32,000 bases of DNA from Nostoc sp. PCC 7120 = FACHB-418 (GCF_000009705.1 NC_003272.1:2220001-2252000); one strand, 5' to 3'; positions 6,920 through 16,027 are shown, counted from the first letter of the stretch. A program made the numbers and translations. The notes: generated by a model from the sequence alone, not told the origin.

Positions 6920-7585
6920 CTAACCTACATAGGGATTATCAATTCTGTCTACAGAGACGTTGCTAGACAATGGCAGACGACCTGGATTTAAGCGAGGTTC
7001 TGCTGCATAGCCTACAGGAACTAAGACAGCGATCGCTAAATCAGAATTATCCGTCGCACCAATTACTTCTTTTACTTGGTCTTCAATCCAGCCATTCATA
7101 AAGCAGGTGGATAAGCCTAAACTTTCTGCTGCTAATACCAAATGGGTAGCAGCAATAATTGCATCCTTAATCGCATATTCCCGGCGCTTATCTCCCAGTC
7201 CTGCTTGAAATTGGGGAATAGCATTTTTAAAATAATTCACAGTCCCTTCATTCCAAGCCCCAGTGGCCAATGCTGTTTCAAAAACCGGGGTTAAGTCTCC
7301 TTCACCTACGCTGGAATCGGCAGCGAAAACAAAAGTTACAGGTGCTTCGATAATTTGTTTTTGGTTCCAAGAGGCGGCACAAAGGGCTGCTTTTTGCGCC
7401 TCATCTTGCACCAAAATAATTCGCCAATCTTGAATATTAAAGCTACTGGGTGCGGCTACAGTCAAGTCTACTAGTTGTTTCAGTAATTCTGGGGCAATGG
7501 GGTCTGTTTTAAAAGTTTTAATCGAGCGACGCTGGACTATAGCGCTAGGTACATCTAGCGGTTGAATTTGGGTGATGGTACTCAT
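6920..7585 (-). CDS. Nitroreductase family protein.
   Basis: MSTITQIQ...VQRRSIKTFK... is a nitroreductase N-terminal motif. AGGGAGA precedes the ATG at 7585 as an SD. The listed start at 7669 is an over-extension. Confidence 0.8.
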   Translation of the reverse strand: MSTITQIQPLDVPSAIVQRRSIKTFKTDPIAPELLKQLVDLTVAAPSSFNIQDWRIILVQDEAQKAALCAASWNQKQIIEAPVTFVFAADSSVGEGDLTPVFETALATGAWNEGTVNYFKNAIPQFQAGLGDKRREYAIKDAIIAATHLVLAAESLGLSTCFMNGWIEDQVKEVIGATDNSDLAIAVLVPVGYAAEPRLNPGRLPLSSNVSVDRIDNPYVG

Positions 7586-7713
7586 GAGATTCTCCCTTAT
7601 GATTGATGATGCAATGTTGGAAACAGGGTGTAGGGGTGTAGAGAAAAGATGTCTTTCCTCTGTGTCCATGAAACAAGTCTCATTGAGACTGCCTAGCCTA
7701 TGGTTACAACCTC

Positions 7714-8811
7714 TTACTTATTAGCAACTGCTAAAAATGGATAATCTGTATAGCCTTTTTCACCACCACCATAAAAGGTTGTGGGGTCTGCCTGATTGAG
7801 TGGTGCGTTCACCTCTAGGCGTTCAGGTAAATCAGGATTGGAGATAAACAGCGTCCCAAAGGCAACTAAATCTGCTGCTTTGTTGGCTATGACAGTATCG
7901 CCTTTTTCACGGGTATAACCACCATTAACAATGAGTGTACCTGTAAAGCGATCGCGTAGATGGCTAGTAGGTACAACTGTGCCACCATGTCTAATGTCTG
8001 CGTCTATAGCTTCAAAGATATGTAAATAGGATAAGTTGAAGCGGTTCAGTGCTTGAGCTACGTAACCAAATGTTTCTAAAGGATGAGAGTCACGGATATC
8101 GTTAAATGTCCCACTAGGCGATAGTCTGACTCCTACCCTTTGGGAATCCCACACACTTGTTATCGCCTCGGTTACTTCTAATAAAAGTCGGGCGCGATTC
8201 TCAATCGCACCCCCATACTCGTCTGTACGTTGATTCGTCCCATCTCTAAGAAACTGGTCGATTAAATAACCATTGGCAGCATGAATTTCTACACCATCAA
8301 ACCCAGCCGCTAGGGCGTTTGCAGCCCCTTGGCGATATTGTTCGACAATAGCGGGAATTTCTGATGTGTCCAAAGCACGAGGCGTAACATAAGGTTTCTT
8401 GCCTTCATAAGTTAATACCTCACCTTTAGGCGCAATGGCTGAAGGTGCTACAGGTAATCCCCCATCTGGCTGCAAGTCAGGGTGAGATATTCTGCCGACG
8501 TGCCACAGTTGCAGAAAAATTCTGCCCCCTTGTTGATGTACAGTATCAGTTACTAGTTTCCACCCTGCTACTTGTTCTGGGGAATGGATGCCTGGTGTAT
8601 GGGGATACCCTTGTCCTTGGGGTGTCACCTGGGTAGCTTCGGCAATAATTAATCCTGCTGAAGCACGTTGACCATAGTAGATAGCATTAAGTTGATGCGG
8701 TACATTTCCCTCACCAGCTCTTTGTCTGGTTAAAGGAGCCATCACTATCCGGTTGGGTAATTCTAGTTCTCCCAATTGGTAGGAAGAGAATAGGTTGATG
8801 TTGGTAGACAT
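7714..8811 (-). CDS. Old Yellow Enzyme family NAD(P)H:flavin oxidoreductase (NemA / alkene reductase-like).
   Basis: NRIVMAPLTRQRA and GVEIHAANGYLIDQFL are OYE motifs. Start placed at the ATG at 8811 (MSTNINLF...). Confidence 0.85.
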   Translation of the reverse strand: MSTNINLFSSYQLGELELPNRIVMAPLTRQRAGEGNVPHQLNAIYYGQRASAGLIIAEATQVTPQGQGYPHTPGIHSPEQVAGWKLVTDTVHQQGGRIFLQLWHVGRISHPDLQPDGGLPVAPSAIAPKGEVLTYEGKKPYVTPRALDTSEIPAIVEQYRQGAANALAAGFDGVEIHAANGYLIDQFLRDGTNQRTDEYGGAIENRARLLLEVTEAITSVWDSQRVGVRLSPSGTFNDIRDSHPLETFGYVAQALNRFNLSYLHIFEAIDADIRHGGTVVPTSHLRDRFTGTLIVNGGYTREKGDTVIANKAADLVAFGTLFISNPDLPERLEVNAPLNQADPTTFYGGGEKGYTDYPFLAVANK

Positions 8812-8945
8812 AATCTCAGTTTCTCGTAATTGGGATGTGGATACTTGAGAGATAGAAACAGGGAGCAGAGGAGAGTTCTTATACAGGTTATTTCCCCTTT
8901 GCCTCTCTGCTTCATCAGACACCTAAAGCTTGTGAGAAATGCGGG

Positions 8946-9278
8946 TTACGCTTCTTGAATATGCTGTGTTAAAGTCTTAGTCAATGTGGTCTTGGAAACA
9001 GCCCCTACAACTGTATTAACTTGCCTTCCACCCTTAAAAACCATTAGTGTAGGAATGCTACGAATTCCGTAATGACTGGCAACAGTGGGATTTTGATCTG
9101 TATTCAGTTTTACCACTTTCACTAGTCCTTCGTATTCGCTAGCAACTTCATCCACAACCGGCGCTACCATCCGACAAGGGCCACACCAAGGGGCCCAAAA
9201 GTCCACTAGAACTGGAACGTTGCTATCCAGAACTTCTTGCTTGAATGTGGCTTCTGTAACATTTGTAATGGATGACAT
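8946..9278 (-). CDS. trxA: Thioredoxin.
   Basis: 110 aa with the WCGPC active site and a typical Trx length and fold pattern. Confidence 0.9.
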   Translation of the reverse strand: MSSITNVTEATFKQEVLDSNVPVLVDFWAPWCGPCRMVAPVVDEVASEYEGLVKVVKLNTDQNPTVASHYGIRSIPTLMVFKGGRQVNTVVGAVSKTTLTKTLTQHIQEA

Positions 9279-9299
9279 ATTACTTGCCCCTTAATTCGT

Positions 9300-9320
9300 T
9301 TATTCGATATTATCGAATAA
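9300..9320. promoter_or_regulatory. Perfect 10-1-10 palindrome in the divergent trx/arsR-type promoter region, a candidate operator.
   Basis: ttattcgata t tatcgaataa. It lies 22 nt from the trx ATG and 36 nt from the regulator ATG. A TATAAT sits at 9327-9332. Confidence 0.5.
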
Positions 9321-9355
9321 TAAAAATATAATTTATTTTCAGAGATAATGCAACT

Positions 9356-9694
9356 ATGAGATTTCTGTATCATCCAGACCGAAAAGATATTTCTTTACCA
9401 GGAGTGCTGTATGCCTTAGGTGATCCAGCGCGATTGGAGATTGTGCGATTGTTAGCAAGCAAGGGGGAACAATGTTGTGCTGAGTTTGATTTTGCGATCG
9501 CCAAATCCACTATGTCTAACCACTTCAAAATTTTACGAGAATCAGGAGTAGTTCTGACCCGTAAAGAAGGGACACAACACATCAATAGATTGCGGCGTGA
9601 AGACTTAGAGACTTTGTTTCCTGGTTTACTGGATGCAGTATTGCGATCGGCTCAACCGTTGTTGACTTGTCAACAGTCAGCAATTGTTAAATAA
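9356..9694 (+). CDS. ArsR/SmtB-family winged-helix transcriptional regulator.
   Basis: LGDPARLEIVRLLASKGEQCCAEF...STMSNHFKILRESGVV is the ArsR HTH signature. The vicinal Cys pair sits where the ELCVCDL metal/redox site occurs in ArsR. Confidence 0.85.
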   Translation: MRFLYHPDRKDISLPGVLYALGDPARLEIVRLLASKGEQCCAEFDFAIAKSTMSNHFKILRESGVVLTRKEGTQHINRLRREDLETLFPGLLDAVLRSAQPLLTCQQSAIVK

Positions 9695-9731
9695 TATCGA
9701 GCAGTTGTGGTTAAATTGAACATCAAGTATC

Positions 9732-10031
9732 ATGCAAGCTATTTACCCTATTAGTAGAGATGCTTGCACGGAGGATGGAAGAATGAGGGTTTGGCTTGCT
9801 TGTTTTGTGGTTTTGTTTGCCCTAGCAGAGTTATTTGATTGGGTGAAAGGATTTGCCCTACCATTACCCATTTACATACTTGGTGGGGCTTTCTTGGCCG
9901 TTGCTTCCAACTATGACAAGATTATTGGCTACTATTTCACTGATGTAACCATTAATGCTTCACTTGAAGAACCTCAGTTAAATTTACCCTCCCCAGTTCC
10001 TAATTTGGTTGAAGAAGATGAAGGGGTGTAG
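9732..10031 (+). CDS. Small membrane protein, hypothetical.
   Basis: Two predicted TM helices (VWLACFVVLFALAELF, LPIYILGGAFLAVASNY). The start is uncertain (ATG 9732 or 9783). Confidence 0.45.
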   Translation: MQAIYPISRDACTEDGRMRVWLACFVVLFALAELFDWVKGFALPLPIYILGGAFLAVASNYDKIIGYYFTDVTINASLEEPQLNLPSPVPNLVEEDEGV

Positions 10032-10178
10032 GTAGTAAAATGGGGGAGATGAGGAATAGCAGTTGATTAATGATTAATAACTAATGACTATCGATCGCCT
10101 GTAGCCAGTAACTTGCTAAATTAAAGAAAGCTTTAGTTGGTCAGCTTGTAACAAAATTTTGGCTACTGCCCCAATCCT

Positions 10179-12419
10179 GTGATTATTGGAATATCAAACA
10201 AACTCCGTGCTGCTTTTATAAAGGATAAAAGTTACCGTGACACTGCTGTTAACAATAACTGGTGGCAAATAATTTTAGTCACTAGTTTGGGAGTCACGGC
10301 TTTGGTGTGGGGAGTTAGGGAACTGAAATGGTTACAATCTTGGGAATTGAAAGCCTATGATCAGATGTTGCGATCGCGTCCAGCAGAACCACCTGATTCC
10401 CGAATTTTACTAGTTACAATTACTGAAGAGGATTTAGCAAAAAAAAGTTGGACTTTAGCTGATGATACCATCAATCGATTGTTAGCTAAACTTGCATCCT
10501 ATCAACCCCGTGTTATTGCTCTCAATCTTTACCGACCAGAACAGAAAAATCTAGGGATGGGGCTGGAAAATCCCACCAATATTATCAGCGCCTGCTTATC
10601 AAGCAGTATGGGTCGGTCAGAAATACCACCCCCGCCAAATTTCCCGCCGGAGAATATCGGCTATAACGATGTAATTTCTGATATTGAGTCAGACCAAGTT
10701 GTCCGCCGTGCTTTGGTGTTTTCTGAAGCCAATGATAGTAAATGTGCGACACAATTCTCCATAGCAGCTTTAGCCGCAATTACTTACCTAGAGCAAACAG
10801 GTATTCACGTAGATTTTAAAAAACATCAATTTTATCTTGATAAAACCATCTTTCCCATCCTGACACCTAATTCTGGTAGTTACAAAGGTGTGGATGCTAA
10901 AGGTTATCAAATATTACTCAATTATCGTCATCCTGATCATTTAGCTCAAACATTCACCCTGACAGAAGTTTTAAACAACCAAGTTAACCCTAACTTGGTC
11001 AAAGACCGTTTGGTAATTATTGGCACGACTGCATCTAGTATTCATCCAGGTTTATATACACCTTATAGTGCAGCAAAAGGGCAACCAACCAGAACCCCAT
11101 CAGTTTTTATACATACACAGATCACTAGCCAGCTACTCAGTGCGGTATTGGATAGGCGACCTCTGATGTGGTACTGGCCTGACTGGGCTGAACTGCTTTG
11201 GCTGTGGGCTTGGTCATTAGTGGGTGGCATTTTGGCATGGCGGCTAAAGCATCCTTTACTAGTCGTCCTAGTTGTGGGTATAGCCTTAACGGGTTTGGTA
11301 GTAATTTGCGCTGGTTTATTTCTGCAAGCTGGGTGGATACCTTTAATTCCACCAGCTTTAACTTTAGTTATGAGTGGGGTGAGTGTGATGACTTATAGGA
11401 CTTACCGCACTCAACAACAAACTAAGGTAATCATGTTGCAAGTGGAGAAACAACAAGAGGTAATTGAGCAGTTAAATATTCTCTTGAACGAAGCGACAGC
11501 AATAGCAGATACTACAGCGTTCTATGACCAATACCCTTACCATGATTCTGCTGTGATCACACCCAGAAAAAATGCTGATGATTTGTTATTGGGTGGTCGT
11601 TATTCGATCTCCAGTGTACTTGGTGCTGGTGGATTTGGTCGCACATATCTAGCACAAGATACTCAAAGACCAGGGAATCCTACTTGTGTGGTCAAAAAGT
11701 TAATGCCAGCACGCAAGGATACAAAGTTTTTGCAAGTGGCGCGGCGTTTGTTCATTACAGAAGCAGAAATTTTAGAATCTTTGGGTCAGCATCAGCAAAT
11801 TCCGGCACTGCTGGCTTATTTTGAAGTGAATGAAGAATTTTACTTAGTAGAACAGTATATTGCTGGGCATACTTTGCATGAGGAATTACCACCTGTCGCA
11901 GGTTTACAGAGTGAAGCTTTTGTTGTAGAAATGCTCAAAGGAGTTTTAGAGGTTTTGGCATTTGTACATGAACATCGGGTAATTCATCGAGATGTCAAAC
12001 CAACTAATATTATTAGGTCGGCGGAAGATAATCGCTTAGTTTTAATTGATTTTGGTGCAGTCAAGTTGATGCAGCCGCCAACTGATCAAACAACAGAATT
12101 AGCTACAGTCGCTATTGGAACGCGTGGCTATGCACCACCAGAACAATTTGCAGGACATCCTCGTTTGGCTAGTGATATTTACGCTGTGGGGATGATGGGG
12201 ATTCAAGCACTCACGGGAATACCACCCCAAGAACTCCCACCAGACCCGGAAACGGGAAATGTGATGTGGCGCAGTCATGCCACAGTTAGCGAAGAACTAG
12301 CACTAATTTTAGATAAGATGGTGCGTTATCATTTTAGCGATCGCTACCAATCTGCTACTACTGTCTTACAAGATTTAAACCGCCTTTCTAGCTTGATACA
12401 GACATCATCCATTTCCTAA
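10179..12419 (+). CDS. CHASE2 sensor domain Ser/Thr protein kinase.
   Basis: GTG start. N-terminal TM plus a CHASE2-like extracytoplasmic region, followed by three TM helices. The C-terminal Hanks kinase carries GAGGFGRTY, VVKK, HRDVKPTNI, DFG and GTRGYAPPE. Confidence 0.9.
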   Translation: MIIGISNKLRAAFIKDKSYRDTAVNNNWWQIILVTSLGVTALVWGVRELKWLQSWELKAYDQMLRSRPAEPPDSRILLVTITEEDLAKKSWTLADDTINRLLAKLASYQPRVIALNLYRPEQKNLGMGLENPTNIISACLSSSMGRSEIPPPPNFPPENIGYNDVISDIESDQVVRRALVFSEANDSKCATQFSIAALAAITYLEQTGIHVDFKKHQFYLDKTIFPILTPNSGSYKGVDAKGYQILLNYRHPDHLAQTFTLTEVLNNQVNPNLVKDRLVIIGTTASSIHPGLYTPYSAAKGQPTRTPSVFIHTQITSQLLSAVLDRRPLMWYWPDWAELLWLWAWSLVGGILAWRLKHPLLVVLVVGIALTGLVVICAGLFLQAGWIPLIPPALTLVMSGVSVMTYRTYRTQQQTKVIMLQVEKQQEVIEQLNILLNEATAIADTTAFYDQYPYHDSAVITPRKNADDLLLGGRYSISSVLGAGGFGRTYLAQDTQRPGNPTCVVKKLMPARKDTKFLQVARRLFITEAEILESLGQHQQIPALLAYFEVNEEFYLVEQYIAGHTLHEELPPVAGLQSEAFVVEMLKGVLEVLAFVHEHRVIHRDVKPTNIIRSAEDNRLVLIDFGAVKLMQPPTDQTTELATVAIGTRGYAPPEQFAGHPRLASDIYAVGMMGIQALTGIPPQELPPDPETGNVMWRSHATVSEELALILDKMVRYHFSDRYQSATTVLQDLNRLSSLIQTSSIS

Positions 12420-12458
12420 AGTGTAGACTAGTCTAGGCAAGATCAATGTGAATTTGGC

Positions 12459-13508
12459 ATGACTCAGGGGCAAGAAACAGCGATGGGCTACGCCCCGCCT
12501 TTGGCGATCGCTGGTATATATGAAGTATGTATAGGCGTTCCCGATCCCATTTTTGCGATTCAATATTGGGAGCAATTTGGCTATCGGATTGGTCAAGTTG
12601 GTGAATTACCCCAGGCCTTGGCCTATCAATTGTATGGGGTAAACTCTGGTTTGCGATCGATTCGCCTGTATCACCAAAATGCAGATCATGGTTTGATTCG
12701 GTTGATGGTTTGGCAAAGCCCCACAAATCCAGGTTTGGGTTTATCTTCCATGAAAATTAAGGGTAATCGTTGGGCTACTAGCTTAACTGCTGATATATTA
12801 ACTGTCTTAAATCATGCAGAAGATGCAAAATCCTCCGGTTGGGCTGTGAGATATAGTTACCCTTATTGGGAAGTAATTTATAACAAAGAGAGAAAAAGTC
12901 GTCCTTTTGTTGATCAAGCCGTGGGAGTAAGAGAAATGCTACTCTTGCAACCCTTGACTCGTCAGGTATTGTTCCAACGATTTGGCTATACTCTGCCCCA
13001 TTACGGAGAAATTAACCAAGCTAGCACATTTAAGTCTAGCCAGTTTACCCATATCGGAATTATTGTTCAGGATGACAGCAAGGAAAGCCTGAAATTTTAT
13101 GAAGAGGTTTTGGGTTTGTTGCGTGTGCGTGATGATGTAGAAACTAGTTATGAATCTTCACCAGCCGGTCGGGATTTATTTGACCTGAAACCAGGGGAGA
13201 AGTTTATTGTCACTACCTTTGATGACCCCCGTTCTTCTCAGTCTGACTTGATGGCCGCACGTAGTGGCAGACTTTATGTTATTCGCTTTCCCGAAGCCAT
13301 GAATTTAGAGTCACGCTTTGAAGCCGCCCAGCCTGGTAGCTTGGGAATGTCTCTTTACACTTACCGCGTGCGAGGATTGGCAACATATAGCGATCGCATC
13401 AAGTCCAGTCATGTACAAAAGTTTACCAGCATTATTGAAAATGAATTTCGAGAGAAAAGTTTCTCTTTCATTGCACCAGATGGTTACTTTTGGAATTTAC
13501 TGGAGTAG
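12459..13508 (+). CDS. VOC (glyoxalase / bleomycin resistance / dioxygenase) superfamily protein, two-domain.
   Basis: FTHIGIIVQDDSKESLKFYEEVLGL is a VOC beta-alpha-beta motif. The N-terminal half is similar in pattern. The start could also be the ATG at 12483. Confidence 0.6.
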   Translation: MTQGQETAMGYAPPLAIAGIYEVCIGVPDPIFAIQYWEQFGYRIGQVGELPQALAYQLYGVNSGLRSIRLYHQNADHGLIRLMVWQSPTNPGLGLSSMKIKGNRWATSLTADILTVLNHAEDAKSSGWAVRYSYPYWEVIYNKERKSRPFVDQAVGVREMLLLQPLTRQVLFQRFGYTLPHYGEINQASTFKSSQFTHIGIIVQDDSKESLKFYEEVLGLLRVRDDVETSYESSPAGRDLFDLKPGEKFIVTTFDDPRSSQSDLMAARSGRLYVIRFPEAMNLESRFEAAQPGSLGMSLYTYRVRGLATYSDRIKSSHVQKFTSIIENEFREKSFSFIAPDGYFWNLLE

Positions 13509-13516
13509 AAAAGGCA

Positions 13517-13555
13517 TAAAAAAAGCGGGCTAACCGCTATGATGTGGTTAACCCG
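13517..13555 (-). terminator. Intrinsic terminator of ycf35 (minus strand).
   Basis: The minus-strand RNA reads cggguuaacc-N10-gguuagcccg, a 10-bp stem including one G-U pair, followed by C-U7. On the plus strand the same stem has a C-A mismatch and no U tract. Confidence 0.6.
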
Positions 13556-13584
13556 TGCAGCTTTGGGAACGCGCAGAGAAATTG

Positions 13585-13935
13585 TTATTGCAATACCAAC
13601 TTCACATTGGCGTTTTGTAAACCGCGCTGTTTTACTTCAGCCAAGGTTTTGTTAACAGCATATTTTTGGTTGATGGAGTTGATCAACTCGGTTTGGTTGT
13701 GCTTTTTAGCAACGCCCCACAGGTCAGCGATTAGGTCAAAAGAACCATCGCTGTTGCGAGACCAACCTAGATCATATTCGCCGTCCAAAACTGCAACGAT
13801 GTCGGAGCGAAGGCGCTGACCATTGTAACCACGAACATCAGCTTCAGTCTTTACGCTGATGCCCAGGTCGCGCAAGGAAGCTTTGAGGATTTCGGCATCG
13901 GTGATTTTGGTGCGGAGAGTGCTAAAGTGAGACAT
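13585..13935 (-). CDS. ycf35: Ycf35 (DUF1257) protein.
   Basis: MSHFSTLRTKITDAEILKASLRDLGISVK...DLGWSRNSDGSFDLIADLWG is the Ycf35/DUF1257 pattern. GGAGGAAACCCAA precedes the ATG at 13935. Confidence 0.8.
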   Translation of the reverse strand: MSHFSTLRTKITDAEILKASLRDLGISVKTEADVRGYNGQRLRSDIVAVLDGEYDLGWSRNSDGSFDLIADLWGVAKKHNQTELINSINQKYAVNKTLAEVKQRGLQNANVKLVLQ

Positions 13936-13989
13936 TTGGGTTTCCTCCAATGAGAAGATTGAGAAAAAGGACAACGTTTGTTTTCAGGG

Positions 13990-14020
13990 AAGCCGCGCAT
14001 AATGTGGGAGCGGCTTTTTT
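13990..14020 (+). terminator. Plus-strand-oriented intrinsic terminator shape lying between two minus-strand genes.
   Basis: aagccgc-N13-gcggctt is followed by a T run on the plus strand (ggcttttttctc). On the minus strand no U tract follows. Confidence 0.45.
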
Positions 14021-14078
14021 CTCGTAACTGCTAGCTTTTGTTGGCTAGCCTTTCCCCCTGGGTTAGCAGGGAAAGCTT

Positions 14079-15590
14079 TTAAAACTCCATGCGCTGGTAT
14101 TCAGCGACGGAGGCTGCGGCGGGTCTTGCCCTCTGTCTAGCCCAGTCTCTTAGGGCTGTTACCTGTTCTTGCATCGTGCGAGACAGTGGCAATGTAGCTT
14201 TAAGCGCAGCAATAATATCTAATTGGGTGAACTCGCGGTCTTGGGCAAAGGCTTCGTACATTGCCGCAACTAACGCTTGTTCAATTTCTGCCCCGGAAAA
14301 TCCATCAGACATCTTGGCGAGTTGCTCCAAATCAAACCGGGTGATGTCTTCACGGCGTTTACTCAGGTGGATCTTGAATATATCACTCCTTTCTTCAGGT
14401 GTGGGCAGATCCACAAAGAAAATTTCATCAAAACGACCTTTCCTCAAAAATTCCCCAGGTAAGCGTTCTACTCGGTTGGCTGTCGCCATAACAAACACTG
14501 GAGATTTTTTCTCCTGCATCCATGTGAGGAAAGAACCAAATATTCGGCTGGATGTACCACCATCGGAATCACCAGAACCTCCACTACCAGCAAAGGATTT
14601 ATCCAGTTCATCGATGAAGAGAATGGCTGGTGAGATAGATTCTGCTGTTTTCAGGGCGTTACGCAGATTAGCTTCACTTCGCCCCACCATTGAGCCGTCG
14701 TAAACTCGCCCCATATCCAAACGCAACAGTGGTAAACCCCACAGGCGGGATGTTGTTTTGGCGATTAACGACTTACCGCAACCAGGAACCCCTAAAATTA
14801 GCATCCCTTTCGGTTGGGGTAAGCCATACTCTCTAGCTCTTTCTGTGAACGCATTCGAGCGTTGTTTGAGCCATTTTTTTAATTCTTCTAAGCCACCTAC
14901 AGCGTCAATGGTTTCATCTTCTTCGATGTATTCTAAGATGCCATTACGCCGAATTAGTTGCTTTTTCTCAGATAGAACTATATCTACTTCTTCTTCGGTC
15001 AAGCGCCCTGTAGTTACTTGCGCTTTGCGATATACCTTCTCAGCTTCATCTTTGGTTAAGCCCAAAGCTGCTCTGAGGAGTTTTTCCCGCGCTTCTGTGG
15101 TCAAGCGTCTGCCACGGCTCTGGTCTAGGTGGTGAGTTAAAACTTTGTTTAACTCAGACATATCTGGTAGTTGGAAATCTAGAACGACTACTTCTTTTTC
15201 CAGTTCTATGGGTACTTGCTGCATCGGCGACATCAAAATGATGTTCTTTTGCATACCCTTGAAGCTGGCGATCGCATCTCGTAATGATCTTGTAGTCGCG
15301 GGAGCATCAATAAATGGATGTAAATCTTTAAGAATAAATATACCAGGTTCTTTCTGCCGGATGATCCAGTCTATTGCTGCCTCTGGCGAAACAGTATTAT
15401 GTTGACCGACATTCCGGGGCTGACCATACTCCACGATGCCATGAGTTACTGTCCAAACAAAAACTCGGCGTTGGGGCCTTAACACTTGGGCGATTGTGGA
15501 AATTGCCTGCTCTGCCCGCTCTTCCTCGGAGGTCACAAGGTAGATTAGTGGGTATTGAGCTTGAATGAGAATGTTGAGCTCTTCTTTCAT
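14079..15590 (-). CDS. ycf46: Ycf46-type AAA+ ATPase.
   Basis: MKEELNILIQAQYPLIYLVTSEEERA is the Ycf46 N-terminus. Walker A GVPGCGKS, Walker B ILFIDELD and second region of homology ATANR are present. Confidence 0.85.
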   Translation of the reverse strand: MKEELNILIQAQYPLIYLVTSEEERAEQAISTIAQVLRPQRRVFVWTVTHGIVEYGQPRNVGQHNTVSPEAAIDWIIRQKEPGIFILKDLHPFIDAPATTRSLRDAIASFKGMQKNIILMSPMQQVPIELEKEVVVLDFQLPDMSELNKVLTHHLDQSRGRRLTTEAREKLLRAALGLTKDEAEKVYRKAQVTTGRLTEEEVDIVLSEKKQLIRRNGILEYIEEDETIDAVGGLEELKKWLKQRSNAFTERAREYGLPQPKGMLILGVPGCGKSLIAKTTSRLWGLPLLRLDMGRVYDGSMVGRSEANLRNALKTAESISPAILFIDELDKSFAGSGGSGDSDGGTSSRIFGSFLTWMQEKKSPVFVMATANRVERLPGEFLRKGRFDEIFFVDLPTPEERSDIFKIHLSKRREDITRFDLEQLAKMSDGFSGAEIEQALVAAMYEAFAQDREFTQLDIIAALKATLPLSRTMQEQVTALRDWARQRARPAAASVAEYQRMEF

Positions 15591-15679
15591 AAATCGACCT
15601 TCTTGAGACCCTAGTACAGTAAAGACATCGTTTTGTTGGTGACAACAACAGAATTATGACTTCCTTATCTAATTCCTAT

Positions 15680-16027
15680 CTAGCAAGGAACCAATTCTTC
15701 CTCACCCTTGGGATGGGTTTCTGCTTCAGCCATTTCATCAATGGGAAGATGGTCTTGACCAATTAGTCCTGGTTGGTTTCCTAAAGCCACCAGTTCCCCA
15801 TCACGTAATACTACTGAACTTTCACAATTAGGACATGAATAAACTTTGTGAGTTCGTCCGTAAGCAGCCGCCTCCAATTCGTCAACTAAATCAGAGTTAG
15901 TTAGGTAGAAATCAAGGGCGCGTTCAGCAAGTTCAGACATCGGTTCGGAATCAATGGCCGAACGAATCTTCAGCTTTTTGTGCAGTTCTGGCGATAGATA
16001 TAACGTAACCTTTTGCTTAGTTTGCAT
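15680..16027 (-). CDS. Small RHH-like protein with a single CxxC motif, the first gene of the ycf46/ycf35 cluster.
   Basis: KVTLYLSPELHKKLKIRSAIDSEPMSELAERALDFYL fits strand-helix-helix. HKVYSCPNCES follows, then an acidic C-terminal tail. Same strand, 89 nt upstream of ycf46. Confidence 0.55.
   Translation of the reverse strand: MQTKQKVTLYLSPELHKKLKIRSAIDSEPMSELAERALDFYLTNSDLVDELEAAAYGRTHKVYSCPNCESSVVLRDGELVALGNQPGLIGQDHLPIDEMAEAETHPKGEEELVPC

Noticed and set aside
12424-12435. A perfect 12-bp palindrome TAGACTAGTCTA between the kinase and VOC genes.
   Set aside because: Six-bp arms are expected several times by chance in 32 kb. There is no U tract or other supporting context.
14089-15568. 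A series of long plus-strand ORFs (204, 61, 125, 86 and 64 aa) antisense to ycf46.
   Set aside because: They tile the opposite strand of a gene with clear AAA+ motifs. They have Ser/Arg/Cys-rich low-complexity translations and no start context. This is typical of antisense open frames in a codon-biased gene.
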